From: a bacterium
Lineage (GTDB): Bacteria; UBA8248
Reading direction: 5' to 3'
Assembly (NCBI GenBank): GCA_022828125.1
Contig: JAJEJD010000019.1
Location: 78,875-142,874 of the forward strand
Length of the DNA stretch: 64,000 nt
This document shows, in pieces, positions 1-13,289 of the stretch. Made by a program: the position numbers and the translations under genes. Under the pieces are notes generated by a model. It was not told the origin of the DNA, made no database searches, and saw only the letters and a list, made by a program, of their open reading frames with translations. Each line of letters opens with the position of its first letter. Position 1 is the first letter of the stretch.

Positions 1-858
1 TTCCGCCCGCGAGAAATCAAATGCTCCATGATTCCCATCCCATTGCGGCTATACAGATACAATATATCGGCAACGATTTCAGTGGTTACGGAAAGATCCT
101 GCAACGAGTCCAGAAACTCTATCGAAGCACCGCCTTTCAATTCGTAGACTTCATCGCCCACTTTTTCCTGAACCAGAGTTTGCGGCGGCCCCTCGACAAG
201 AAATTTCCCCCCGTCCATGATGCCGATGCGGTCGCACATCTGCGCCGCTTCCTCCATGTAATGCGTGGTGAGGAGGATGGTCAGACCCTGCGCCTTCAGT
301 TCCCGGAGCCTCTGCCAGACAAGGTGCCTCGCCTGCGGGTCGAGGCCTGTAGTGGGCTCGTCCAAAATCAGGAATTTCGGCTCGTGAATGAGGGCGCGCG
401 CGATGTGGAGGCGCCGCTTCATTCCGCCTGACAGAGTCTTGATTTGTGAATCCCATTTCTCGCGGAGCTGCATGAAATCGAGCAGATACTCGATGCGGGT
501 TAGCGACGCCTTCTTGGAAATACTGAAAAATCCGGCATACACCCAAAGGTTTTCATATACGGTCAGATCGCGATCCAGGGTATCTTCTTGGGACACGATG
601 CCCATTTGCGCGCGAATGAGCCGACTCTGGGTCGCCACATCCCTGCCCAACACCCTCAGCGAACCTGCATCAGACTCAACGGCTCCATGCAGCATTTTGA
701 TTGTCGTGGTTTTGCCGGCTCCGTTCGGACCCAGAATCCCGAAACATTCTCCGGGTTTCACCTGCAGCGAGACGCCATCGACGGCTTTGAGGGTTCCGAA
801 GGATTTTTCGATGCTCTGGGCGTCTATCACGAATCCAGGCAACGAAGACTCCACCAAT
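1..858 (-). CDS. ABC transporter ATP-binding protein (partial; 3' end lies beyond window start; start TTG/GTG near 853-858)
   Basis: Minus-strand frame encodes Walker A GPNGAGKTTTIKML, signature LSGGMKRRLHIARAL, Walker B FLILDEPTTGLD and H-loop LTTHYMEEA. Not in ORF track because it runs off the edge. Confidence 0.8.
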
Positions 859-868
859 GTGGCTGGCT

Positions 869-2119
869 CTACAAACCGCGAAGGCGCTCGGCCTCCGCGA
901 TTCTTTTAATGGCAAGAATGAAGGCCGCCGTACGCAAAGACACCTGTTTCTCCTTGGCCAGCGCATACACTTCCGCGGTGGCTCGCTTCATGATTTTGCC
1001 CAGCTCGCTGTTCACCCGCTCTTCATCCCAGCCGAATTGCTGGATGTTCTGAACCCATTCAAAATACGAGACCGTCACGCCGCCGGAACTCGCCAACACG
1101 TCCGGGATCAGCATGACGTTCCCGCCATCGACCAGAATGTTCTCTCCCTCTTCGGTTACGGGGGCATTGGCCGCTTCCAGAACAACCCGGGCTTTCACGT
1201 TTGCCGCGTTGCGGGCATGAATAACGCCGCCCAGAGCCGCCGGAAGCAAGATAGCCACATCGAGCGCCAGAAGCTCTTCATTGGTGATCTGCTCGACTCC
1301 CCCAAGGCCTTCGAGTGTACCTGTATCCCTTCGATGCGCGGCGGCAGCTTCGATGTCGATGCCATCGCCGTTAAAATAAGCGCCCCTGCTGCCCGAAATC
1401 GCCACCACCTTTACTCCAAGCTCCTTGATGAATCTGGCGGCGAAAGAGCCGACGTTCCCGAAACCTTGTATCGCCGCCGTCATGATCGCCGGGTCCCATC
1501 CCTCTTTTTTCGCAATCTCCTCAAACACCATCACGGCGCCCCGCCCCGTGGCCGCCTCCCTTCCCGGAGAGCCGCCCATGGCCAAGGGTTTTCCGGTGAC
1601 GCAAGCCGGCGCATATCCGTGCCGACTGCTGTATTCATCGAAAATCCACGCCATCACCTGCGCATTCGTGTTCACGTCGGGGGCGGGGACATCGCGGTAC
1701 GGCCCCAGAATATGACCGATTCGCGCGATGAATTTTCTGGTCAGCCGCTCCAGTTCAAACACGCTGAGCTCTTTCACGTTGACGGTGATGCCCCCTTTTC
1801 CACCACCGAAGGGGATGTCGACCAAAGCCGTCTTCCAGGCCATCAGGGCCGAGAGTCCGCGCACTTCGTCCATGTCGACTTCGTGGTGGTATCGGATGCC
1901 GCCCTTGAAAGGCCCTCGAGATCCGTTGAACTGGACGCGGTAACCCTGCCAAACGCCCAGGGAGCCGTCGTCCCTGCGGATGGGGAGCTCGACTTTCACC
2001 TCACGAAAGGGAGTCTTGAGGAGGAGCTGCGTTTCATCGTCCAGACCGATGAGTCCGGCTGCCCGGTCGAATTGCGCGGCTGCGGTTTCGAATACGCTGA
2101 CTCGCTCGTCTTGGGACAC
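869..2119 (-). CDS. gdh: Glu/Leu/Phe/Val-family glutamate dehydrogenase
   Basis: 416 aa. Motifs GGGKGG, GFGNVG Rossmann and full-length similarity to GDH family. Confidence 0.9.
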   Translation of the reverse strand: MSQDERVSVFETAAAQFDRAAGLIGLDDETQLLLKTPFREVKVELPIRRDDGSLGVWQGYRVQFNGSRGPFKGGIRYHHEVDMDEVRGLSALMAWKTALVDIPFGGGKGGITVNVKELSVFELERLTRKFIARIGHILGPYRDVPAPDVNTNAQVMAWIFDEYSSRHGYAPACVTGKPLAMGGSPGREAATGRGAVMVFEEIAKKEGWDPAIMTAAIQGFGNVGSFAARFIKELGVKVVAISGSRGAYFNGDGIDIEAAAAHRRDTGTLEGLGGVEQITNEELLALDVAILLPAALGGVIHARNAANVKARVVLEAANAPVTEEGENILVDGGNVMLIPDVLASSGGVTVSYFEWVQNIQQFGWDEERVNSELGKIMKRATAEVYALAKEKQVSLRTAAFILAIKRIAEAERLRGL

Positions 2120-2199
2120 GATGTTCCCTCTCCTGGGAATTCCCTCAAAGGATGGAACGCGAATCAGGCGGCGAGAGAGTATTACTCAGCCTCGAGGGA

Positions 2200-2430
2200 T
2201 CAGTGGCAAGAACACATGCCTCCGCAGCCGCCCCCGCCAGCCGAGTATCCACCGGCAATCGGAGCCGACGCGGCAGCGCCCGAAGTGGATTTGGCGAACA
2301 AGGAAAGTTTCTTGTGAACCTTCTTCGAGCCGCATTCGGGGCATTCGACCTCGTCGGCGGCTTGCGCGGATGAAACGATGGTCTCGAAATCTTTCTCACA
2401 GCTTCCGCAAAGGAATTCATACATCGGCAT
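2200..2430 (-). CDS. FmdB-family zinc-ribbon regulatory protein
   Basis: 76 aa, MPMYEFLCGSCEKDFE...CPECGS CxxC pairs, Gly-rich tail. Confidence 0.6.
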   Translation of the reverse strand: MPMYEFLCGSCEKDFETIVSSAQAADEVECPECGSKKVHKKLSLFAKSTSGAAASAPIAGGYSAGGGGCGGMCSCH

Positions 2431-2453
2431 GATTTTTCTGGCCTCCAGAAGAG

Positions 2454-3104
2454 TCAGCGCATCTCATTGGCGCGGCGCCAATCCGCCAAAAATTTCTCCA
2501 ACCCGATATCCGTCAGGGGATGCTTGAGCAACTGCGCGATCACCCCGAAGGGGACCGTCGCGACGTCCGCCCCCATTTTCGCGGCCTCGAGCAGGTGAAT
2601 CGGCGTGCGAACGCTCGCCACCAGCACCTCGGTGGCGTAGTCGTAGTTCTCGAATATCTGAACGATATCGCTCACGATCTGCATGCCCGGGTTGGAGATA
2701 TCATCCAGCCGGCCCACGAAGGGACTCACGAACGAAGCCCCCGCCTTGGCGGCCAGCATGGCCTGCGCGGGGCTGAAGATGAGCGTGACGTTCGTGTTGA
2801 TGTTCTCCTCGCGCATGGCCTTGACGGCGCGCAGGCCCTCGACGCCCACCGGAACCTTCACGACGACGTTCTCGTGTATCGCGGCCAGTTCGCGGCCCTC
2901 TTCGACCATCTCCTTCCACTCCGTGGCGATGACTTCGGCGCTCACCGGCCCGTCGACCACCTCGCATATCTCCTTGATCCTCGTGTGGTGGTCGGCGCCC
3001 TCTTTCGCGATGAGCGATGGGTTCGTCGTCACGCCGTCCAGGATGCCGGTGGACGCCGCCTCGGTGATTTCCTCCAGGTTCGCCGTATCGATGAATATCT
3101 TCAT
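2454..3104 (-). CDS. tal: Transaldolase / fructose-6-phosphate aldolase (short Fsa/TalC type)
   Basis: Start taken at [13 protein letters not shown]. Conserved FIDTAN, VTTNPSL, KVP motifs. The upstream in-frame extension was judged spurious. Confidence 0.85.
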   Translation of the reverse strand: MKIFIDTANLEEITEAASTGILDGVTTNPSLIAKEGADHHTRIKEICEVVDGPVSAEVIATEWKEMVEEGRELAAIHENVVVKVPVGVEGLRAVKAMREENINTNVTLIFSPAQAMLAAKAGASFVSPFVGRLDDISNPGMQIVSDIVQIFENYDYATEVLVASVRTPIHLLEAAKMGADVATVPFGVIAQLLKHPLTDIGLEKFLADWRRANEMR

Positions 3105-3261
3105 GTGCTCTCCCGCCGGACGTGTGGATGGCTTCGCGGGGGACGCGCCCCGCATCTGAGAAGATGACGCGGCTGCGCCCAAATGTCAACTTGGCGGAGA
3201 ATGAGAATTTGCGCGGATTTACGGGGAAATGCGCCGGACTGCGTTCAACTCATCGAATCTG

Positions 3262-3440
3262 CGGGCAAATGCGGGTCGGGAAAATTTTTTTAATTCGATA
3301 AATTTCGATAATTTTATAATGTATTACTTTAATATATTCCGGCAACTTGCTTAATTCATAGAGTAATATGCCGTTAGTTTGACCCATAAACCTTTTCGGG
3401 AATTTATCGATATTTATCGTATTTTTCGGGAATTCCCGGT
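3262..3440 (+). repeat. AT-rich ~200-bp noncoding element, copy 1 (tandem CAAATGCGGG motifs followed by AATGTATTACTTTA...TTTATCGATATTTATCGTATTTT core)
   Basis: Aligns by eye over about 180 nt with 49655-49860. Shares the TTCGATAAATTTCGATAA motif with 40215-40310. Confidence 0.55.
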
Positions 3441-3852
3441 TCAAGCCCGCGTGCTCGCCCGGCATGCTCTCCATCGCCCGGCCGGAGCCGCCGATGCCCG
3501 TCAGGCGCGCGAAATTCTCCCGCCTCCCCGGATGCGCCGGGGTGAATGGTTCGCATGAAATTTGCTTCGTCATTGTCTCATCCTCATGAAAGCGCCGCGC
3601 CCGCTTCGAGCGCCGTGCTCCCGCGCAAGGAGCGATTCGCTCCGCCACCCTACCAAACGCCCGCCGCACGCAAGAACCGCAAATGCGGGTAAATGCGCTT
3701 TCGCCTTTACGTGAAAATTTCTCGGGGATAAAAGACAAAAAACCGACGATTGCCGATGAAAAGCCGACGAAAGGCGATAGATTCCCGAATGAATACTTGC
3801 CTGATGAGTAGGTGGTATTACGGAGAGACAGGCCCCTGCGCCTGCCGCTTCC

Positions 3853-4158
3853 TTACGCCGCCGTTTCGCGCGGCTTCACCCGCCTGGCGATCTCCCGGCC
3901 CTGCGCAATCTCGGCCCGGCGAAGCTCCCAGGTCTTCTGCAGGTTCATCCAGAGTTCGGGCGTGGTTCCGAAATACCGCGCCAGGCGCAGCGCCGTGTCC
4001 GCGCTCACGCCCCGCCGGCCGTTCAGTATCCTCGTGATCCGGTTCACCGGCACGCCGAGCGCCTTCGAGAGCGCATTGGCCGAGAGTTCCAGCGCGCCCA
4101 TTTCCTCGCGCAGTATCTCGCCCGGATGCACCGGCCTCATTTTGTTCTTCATGTTCAT
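3853..4158 (-). CDS. higA: HigA-family antitoxin (XRE-type HTH)
   Basis: 101 aa. MRPVHPGEILREE...LSKALGVPVNRITRILNGRRGVSADTALRLARYFGTTPELWMNLQ is a canonical HigA HTH. No intact HigB upstream, only a 14-codon remnant. Confidence 0.75.
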   Translation of the reverse strand: MNMKNKMRPVHPGEILREEMGALELSANALSKALGVPVNRITRILNGRRGVSADTALRLARYFGTTPELWMNLQKTWELRRAEIAQGREIARRVKPRETAA

Positions 4159-4256
4159 TCCCGCGTCCCCTCAATGGTAGTCCACAATCTCCACGTCATT
4201 CTTTTCGTCGTCTTGCAGGCAAAGGAGTTTGCGTAGGGGCAAGCCCCCTGTGCCCG

Positions 4257-4502
4257 CTATTCATAATTGGTCCTACACCCTGCGGCTGGGTCTGTAATGG
4301 CGTTCTCGATCAATTGTGAGAGATGTCTGCGAAGCGATTCCTTCGTGTCGAAGGTCCGGAACCGCCCCTCCTCGATATCGGCGATCCCGACATCGGCGGC
4401 CTCGCGCAGGGCCTGCAGGTGAGCCTCGTCCTCCGCGGCCTGACGCTCCAGGGAGCGGATGCCTCCCTTGAGCAAGCGCGATTTCCCGGTGGGCCGCTTC
4501 AT
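4257..4502 (-). CDS. ParD/COG3609-like antitoxin (tentative), no cognate ParE toxin
   Basis: 81 aa. [30 protein letters not shown] resembles the ParD C-terminal region. Overlaps the ORF6N stop (ATGA). Confidence 0.45.
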   Translation of the reverse strand: MKRPTGKSRLLKGGIRSLERQAAEDEAHLQALREAADVGIADIEEGRFRTFDTKESLRRHLSQLIENAITDPAAGCRTNYE

Positions 4503-5044
4503 TTTCGCTTGCCGCTTGAGGGGGAAAATCCGATTCTGCCTCTTTTCTCCAGCTCGGGCGGGGCCATCAAGTCCCGGATAGCTTCGAAAACGACCTTGAA
4601 CTGCTTGTCATATTTCTTCTCCATAGAGAAGAGCTTGCGCGCGAGATCGGCATGGCTCGCCTGCATCCGCCGTAACTCCACGAAGGCGCGCATGATCTCG
4701 ATGTTTACCCGAATCGCCCGCTCGCTGCGAAGAACGCTGGAGAGCATGGCGACCCCCTGTTCGGTGAACGCATAAGGCGGGTAACGCCTGCCGCCCCAAC
4801 TTGAGATCACAATTTGTGATCTCAAGTCCTCGAATTCGGGTTTCGTGAGCTGAAACATGAAATCCACCGGGAAGCGCTCGACGTTCCTCCTGACGGCTTG
4901 CACGAGTGTCCTGGTATCGACGCCGTAGAGAGCGGCCAAGTCGGCATCCAGCATGACTTTTTGATCGCGGATGAGATGGATGGACCGCGCGATACGCTTC
5001 ACAGGCGCGGATGGAGAAGCATCCTTCTTTTTCCTTGTTCCCAC
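4499..5044 (-). CDS. ORF6N-domain (KilA-N-like) DNA-binding protein
   Basis: [46 protein letters not shown]...[25 protein letters not shown] matches the ORF6N family signature. Confidence 0.75.
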   Translation of the reverse strand: MGTRKKKDASPSAPVKRIARSIHLIRDQKVMLDADLAALYGVDTRTLVQAVRRNVERFPVDFMFQLTKPEFEDLRSQIVISSWGGRRYPPYAFTEQGVAMLSSVLRSERAIRVNIEIMRAFVELRRMQASHADLARKLFSMEKKYDKQFKVVFEAIRDLMAPPELEKRGRIGFSPSSGKRK

Positions 5045-5409
5045 ACTCCGATCCCCTCAGGTCGTCAGCAACGGCGGCGAACCGACACCCCCTGCGCTTC
5101 TGCTCTATCGAGCGTCGGCATGGCGAGGGTCCTCATGGAATCGGTACGAGCAGACTACGCCAATCGCCTCCACGGAGCAAGAGCGATTTCAGCGTGGTTA
5201 AATACCCGACTGGTGAAGAGATTTTTTTGTAGGGGTGTCGAACTTTCCCGAGGAGGGGAAGTTCGAGGGCGTCCGCCCGCCATCGGGAAACGACCCTGTC
5301 TATGTTTCCTACAGGCGGTTCTCAAGCCGCACTTACAGAATACGCATCTCATTGGGCAAGAAATAATCTAAGGGCTATAGAAATTTAGATTGCCATGAAT
5401 ATGGCAAAA

Positions 5410-6330
5410 TTAACCTGTAATTTGATTTATACTAAGATAGATATCCCCAGTTTGCGCAGCGTGCCTCTTCTTTCGCAAAAGCAGCAAAACAAAGTCAATA
5501 CGCTCTTCAAGCACGGCCATTAAATCTGCCCCATCCATCAGAATTATACTCGGGCGTGTTTTTGAATGGGTTTTCACTCCGTCTGGTGAAAATCCATTTA
5601 TGGACAAAAAAAGACCAAGCGTATTATCAAGCTTTCTTTGTACCTTCAGTGAAAAAGCATCTAGATGTTGAACTCCTGCTACTTCTTGTTGCCATTTTGC
5701 TTCAAATAAATAATCAGTCCCTTTTAAAGTAAATGCACCGTCGATTTGTTCTCCAGTATTTTTAAAAGAGGCTTTTGGATCTAAATCGAAGAGTTCAAAT
5801 AAATCACGCATAAAGCGTTCTAGAGCAAATCCACGACATTGTGGAGATGAACCAGTAGCAATATCTTTAAACAGAGCGTTTAATTCTTCGAGCTTTTCCC
5901 TTATCGCTGTATTGTTCTTTATTTTTTCTGCATTTTCTTCTCTTCTTTTTGAAGCATCTTTTTCATCTTTGACTTTATCTTGATGAGGCTCTACTAACTT
6001 TTTCAATTGAGCAACAGCTTTTCGTGCCTTGCGAGCTTTTTGCTCCCCGTCCTCTAAATCTTCTAAATGAGCAAACGAAGTTAAATTTACAACTTCGTAG
6101 CAAAGCTTTGTGAGGGCACCAAGGTGGGCTTCTTGATCTTTCGTTAATTCATCAATCAGGTCAGTAACAATTTGACGCTTATAATTGTTCCAGTTCAATG
6201 ACCCAATCAGTGAACGGCTTACTGTGCAATTCGAGAGAAAGCTTCGAAGGTCATTTTTGTACCAATAGATATTGACCAGCGCTTCCTTTAGGGCATTGAT
6301 TGCTGATGGTGATAATCGCTTGACACTCAT
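5410..6330 (-). CDS. Two-domain protein: unknown coiled-coil/Lys-Glu-rich N-terminal region plus C-terminal Mrr-cat-like PD-(D/E)xK restriction-endonuclease-fold domain
   Basis: 306 aa in the AT-rich island. C-terminus GFALERFMRDLFELF...GEQIDGAF...YLFEAKWQ gives a D...ExK catalytic arrangement typical of Mrr_cat. Confidence 0.6.
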   Translation of the reverse strand: MSVKRLSPSAINALKEALVNIYWYKNDLRSFLSNCTVSRSLIGSLNWNNYKRQIVTDLIDELTKDQEAHLGALTKLCYEVVNLTSFAHLEDLEDGEQKARKARKAVAQLKKLVEPHQDKVKDEKDASKRREENAEKIKNNTAIREKLEELNALFKDIATGSSPQCRGFALERFMRDLFELFDLDPKASFKNTGEQIDGAFTLKGTDYLFEAKWQQEVAGVQHLDAFSLKVQRKLDNTLGLFLSINGFSPDGVKTHSKTRPSIILMDGADLMAVLEERIDFVLLLLRKKRHAAQTGDIYLSINQITG

Positions 6331-6402
6331 TGGCGAAAGTGTTCCATCCTTAAGGCTAGTTTATAATTTCGCAACTCTCGCGAGTTTGGGCTCACCATCT
6401 TT

Positions 6403-6597
6403 CTAATATATACATATGCTTCTGTCGTCTTTTTCACCTTGCTCTATACCTCGCGACATACGGTCTAAGCTTTTCCGACCTCCCAACAAAACCCTTACAC
6501 CCAAATGGTCTATCTGCTCTCGCATGACTCCGTATCCCTCATTTTCTTCGTCAGATACTTCGTCTTTTATGATGATACTAATTGAATTGAATGGCAT
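6403..6597 (-). CDS. Small acidic protein (64 aa), translationally coupled to the upstream HEPN-like gene
   Basis: Its ATG overlaps the stop of the 6598-7266 gene (gtgTGAATGcc on the coding strand). Acidic stretch DEVSDEENEGYG. No recognisable family. Confidence 0.35.
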   Translation of the reverse strand: MPFNSISIIIKDEVSDEENEGYGVMREQIDHLGVRVLLGGRKSLDRMSRGIEQGEKDDRSICIY

Positions 6598-7266
6598 TCA
6601 CACCCAAAGTCGTTTTCCGGTCACACGCCGAACATGGGAATTGACAGCTCCTCCAGTTTTGGCAGCTAAACTTTTGACAAATCCGAAATAATCTGTGACT
6701 TGCTGCTTCTTTACCGATTGAGAGTGCTGACCTCGATGTGCAATTGCGCCTCTTAATTCCACAAACTTATCAAGTTTTGCGGTCGCCCGTGCTACCGTCA
6801 TTTTTTTCGACCAAGACCAAGAGCTGGAAATTTTTCTAATGCCGATTGTCGATAAAAAAAGGTGATCTATATTTTCCGACTTGGGTGTATTTAACCTTCG
6901 ATTTCGCTCTTCACGAAGACTTTCCAATCGATCACTTAAATATATCCGCCAACCGTCATCAGCAATCTTCCACATTTCCAATTCATGATTACTGTTCTTT
7001 AACTCTTTTGCGATTTGCTTCTTCAGCTCCGTCGGAAGTGCGTCTCCTGAATTTGCATGCTTGATGAGATGCTCTAGTCCCTCAGATGCGATATCTTCAC
7101 AATATGCTTCCCAGAAAGCGGTGATAAGAACAATTGCTGATTTGTTCAACACCTCAAGACCATAGCGTCGTCCTTGCTGATTACCACCTTTCATTTCGTG
7201 TAATTCGAGCAATCCCTCAATATCTTTAAGATTTTCATCAAACGCATTTCGAGCAATACTTGCCAT
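6598..7266 (-). CDS. HEPN-like protein (Rx4H motif), possible abortive-infection component
   Basis: 222 aa. ELRGAIAHRGQ fits the HEPN Rx4-6H motif near the C-terminus. Alpha-helical composition. AT-rich codon usage unlike the host. Confidence 0.45.
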   Translation of the reverse strand: MASIARNAFDENLKDIEGLLELHEMKGGNQQGRRYGLEVLNKSAIVLITAFWEAYCEDIASEGLEHLIKHANSGDALPTELKKQIAKELKNSNHELEMWKIADDGWRIYLSDRLESLREERNRRLNTPKSENIDHLFLSTIGIRKISSSWSWSKKMTVARATAKLDKFVELRGAIAHRGQHSQSVKKQQVTDYFGFVKSLAAKTGGAVNSHVRRVTGKRLWV

Positions 7267-7461
7267 GTAATATTCTCCGATTCATTTTTGGTCTGTATAA
7301 ACTTCTCACCCCATCTACAAAAATGTTAATATTTACCTTGCTCAGTAAAATCGGGCGGACACAGAGGTCCGCCCCTACGAAACCATCTTGTTTTCTACAT
7401 GGATTGGGACCGCAAACACTTCCTCACCGGTCGGAGGAATTCCTCCTTCATCAGTCGGAAT

Positions 7462-8196
7462 TCACCCCCCCAACCGCTTATACGCCTCCGTCCCTCTTAA
7501 CGGCGAGTCGGGCTTCACGCCCTCTTTGGGGGTCCTGCCTTCGGAATCTTTCGCGGCGGGGTCGGCGCCGGCGTCGAGCAGGGCATCGACCACCGCGAGG
7601 ATGACGCCGTCTTTCGCCGCCGCGTAGTGGAGGGGAGTTCGCACGCGCTTGTCGCGCACGTCGGGGTTGGCGCCCGCCGCGAGCAGGGCCTTCACGATGG
7701 CGGGGGCCGAACTGCGCATCCCCGCCCAGTGCAGCGGCGCCAGGCCCTTCCTGTCCGGCGTGTTCACCCGGGCGCCCGCACGCACGAGGATCTCCACGAC
7801 GTCCGAGGCTTCGCCGAACGCCGCCGCCGCGTGCAGGGCCGTCCATCCGAATATGCCCTCCGCGTTCGGGTCGGCGCCGGCGTCCAGCAGGGTCGTCACG
7901 ATCCCGGGAGCCGCGTTGAACGCCACCGCCGTGTGGAGGGGCGTCGCTCCTCTCTCATCCGGCGCGTTCGGGTCGGCCCCGGCCCGCGTCAAGGCGGTCA
8001 GCACCGCCGAATTATCGGCGAAGCATGCCGCCCAGTGGAGCGGCGTCCATCCTTTGTTGTCCCGCGCGTTCACCTCGGCCCCGGCGTCCAGCAGGCCCTC
8101 CACGATTTCGGGGGCGCCCTCGTCCATCACCGCACGGTGCAAGGCCGTGGCGCCGTCTTCACCCCGTGCGTTCGGGCCGCTTGCTTCCGTAGACAT
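7462..8196 (-). CDS. Ankyrin-repeat protein
   Basis: At least six ANK repeats (GxTPLHxAA...LLxAGAxxN). Start taken at MSTEASG. Confidence 0.85.
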   Translation of the reverse strand: MSTEASGPNARGEDGATALHRAVMDEGAPEIVEGLLDAGAEVNARDNKGWTPLHWAACFADNSAVLTALTRAGADPNAPDERGATPLHTAVAFNAAPGIVTTLLDAGADPNAEGIFGWTALHAAAAFGEASDVVEILVRAGARVNTPDRKGLAPLHWAGMRSSAPAIVKALLAAGANPDVRDKRVRTPLHYAAAKDGVILAVVDALLDAGADPAAKDSEGRTPKEGVKPDSPLRGTEAYKRLGG

Positions 8197-8228
8197 CGTG
8201 TTCTCCCGTTTTGCAGTGCCTTTCAGGC

Positions 8229-8519
8229 TCATCCGGCCTCCGCCTCCGGCGGGCCGCCTCGCTCATTGAACTTCTCCGCGCACGCCACGCTGCAGAACGA
8301 ACGCCTGCCGCCGCCCGCGCGCTTCGTAATCCCGATGCGCGACGGGAAGAACGTCGCACACTCGGGGCAGTTGAGCATCTCGTCGTCGAGGCCGCCTTCG
8401 GCCTCGGGATTCTTCCGTCCCGCACCCGTGATACCGCTGATGAGACTACGAATAAGATAATATATCAACCAGGACAAAACCAGATAAAAAATGATGCGCA
8501 GCATGAGCCGGGGCCTCAC
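8229..8519 (-). CDS. Small membrane protein with C-terminal Cys4 zinc-ribbon
   Basis: N-terminal TM helix IIFYLVLSWLIYYLI, then CPECATFF...CSVACAEKF. Confidence 0.5.
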   Translation of the reverse strand: MRPRLMLRIIFYLVLSWLIYYLIRSLISGITGAGRKNPEAEGGLDDEMLNCPECATFFPSRIGITKRAGGGRRSFCSVACAEKFNERGGPPEAEAG

Positions 8520-8579
8520 GAGGTGAGAGCAGAATCGGAAAAACGCTACTCTACACCCTGAACCGACGGATGGAAACGG

Positions 8580-11831
<3,252 letters not shown>

Positions 11832-12019
11832 GAATCAGGTCACTCGCTTGAAAAAGGAAAATATAAAGGGCGTTTCAGATTCCCGCTGATGAAATCGCCT
11901 CCCCGCGCCTCCCGGTTTTCGGGAATGAGATACTCCGGTTGACGACTCCTTCTCGCCGGTCAATTCATATTTCTTCTCCGAAACCACGCTCCGCCGCCTG
12001 GGTTTTTTCGCTCCTCCCT

Positions 12020-12150
12020 CGTCAGGGGACAAAGGCAACCCCCCCTACCCCCCCTTGTCAGGGGGGTATAAAAAGGCGATGCGCCCTCGCCGCCGGTGGA
12101 AGGGGTTTTGCTTTTTCTTGCCCCCCTGACAAGGGGGGGTAGGGGGGGTT
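12020..12150. mobile_element. MITE-like palindromic element, family A (G/C-run inverted termini AACCCCCCTACCCCCCCTTGTCAGGGGGG ... CCCCCCTGACAAGGGGGGGTAGGGGGGGTT), inserted between carA and carB
   Basis: Near-perfect ~30-bp terminal inverted repeats. Same element at 51536-51738, 57140-57302, 58897-59046 and as solo ends at 50885-50942 and 56794-56845. Confidence 0.7.
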
Positions 12151-12197
12151 AAAAGGCGCAAACACTCGTTCCTCATTCGCATCCCCCGTGCGCACCC

Positions 12198-13285
<1,088 letters not shown>

Positions 13286-13289
<4 letters not shown>

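Noticed and set aside
857-2317. 486-aa ORF on the plus strand
   Set aside because: Lies antisense to the well-supported gdh gene. Arg/Gly/Pro-rich composition is typical of shadow ORFs in high-GC DNA.
3250-3738. 162-aa minus-strand ORF spanning the AT-rich element
   Set aside because: Composition shifts abruptly within it and it covers a repeated noncoding element. No RBS or plausible protein features.
5230-5290. tRNA-like 3' fragment (GAAGTTCGAGGGCGTCCGCCCGCCA) as possible island att site
   Set aside because: Could not fold a consistent T-arm/acceptor stem. It is more likely a simple inverted repeat (CGAACTTTCCC / GGGGAAGTTCG).
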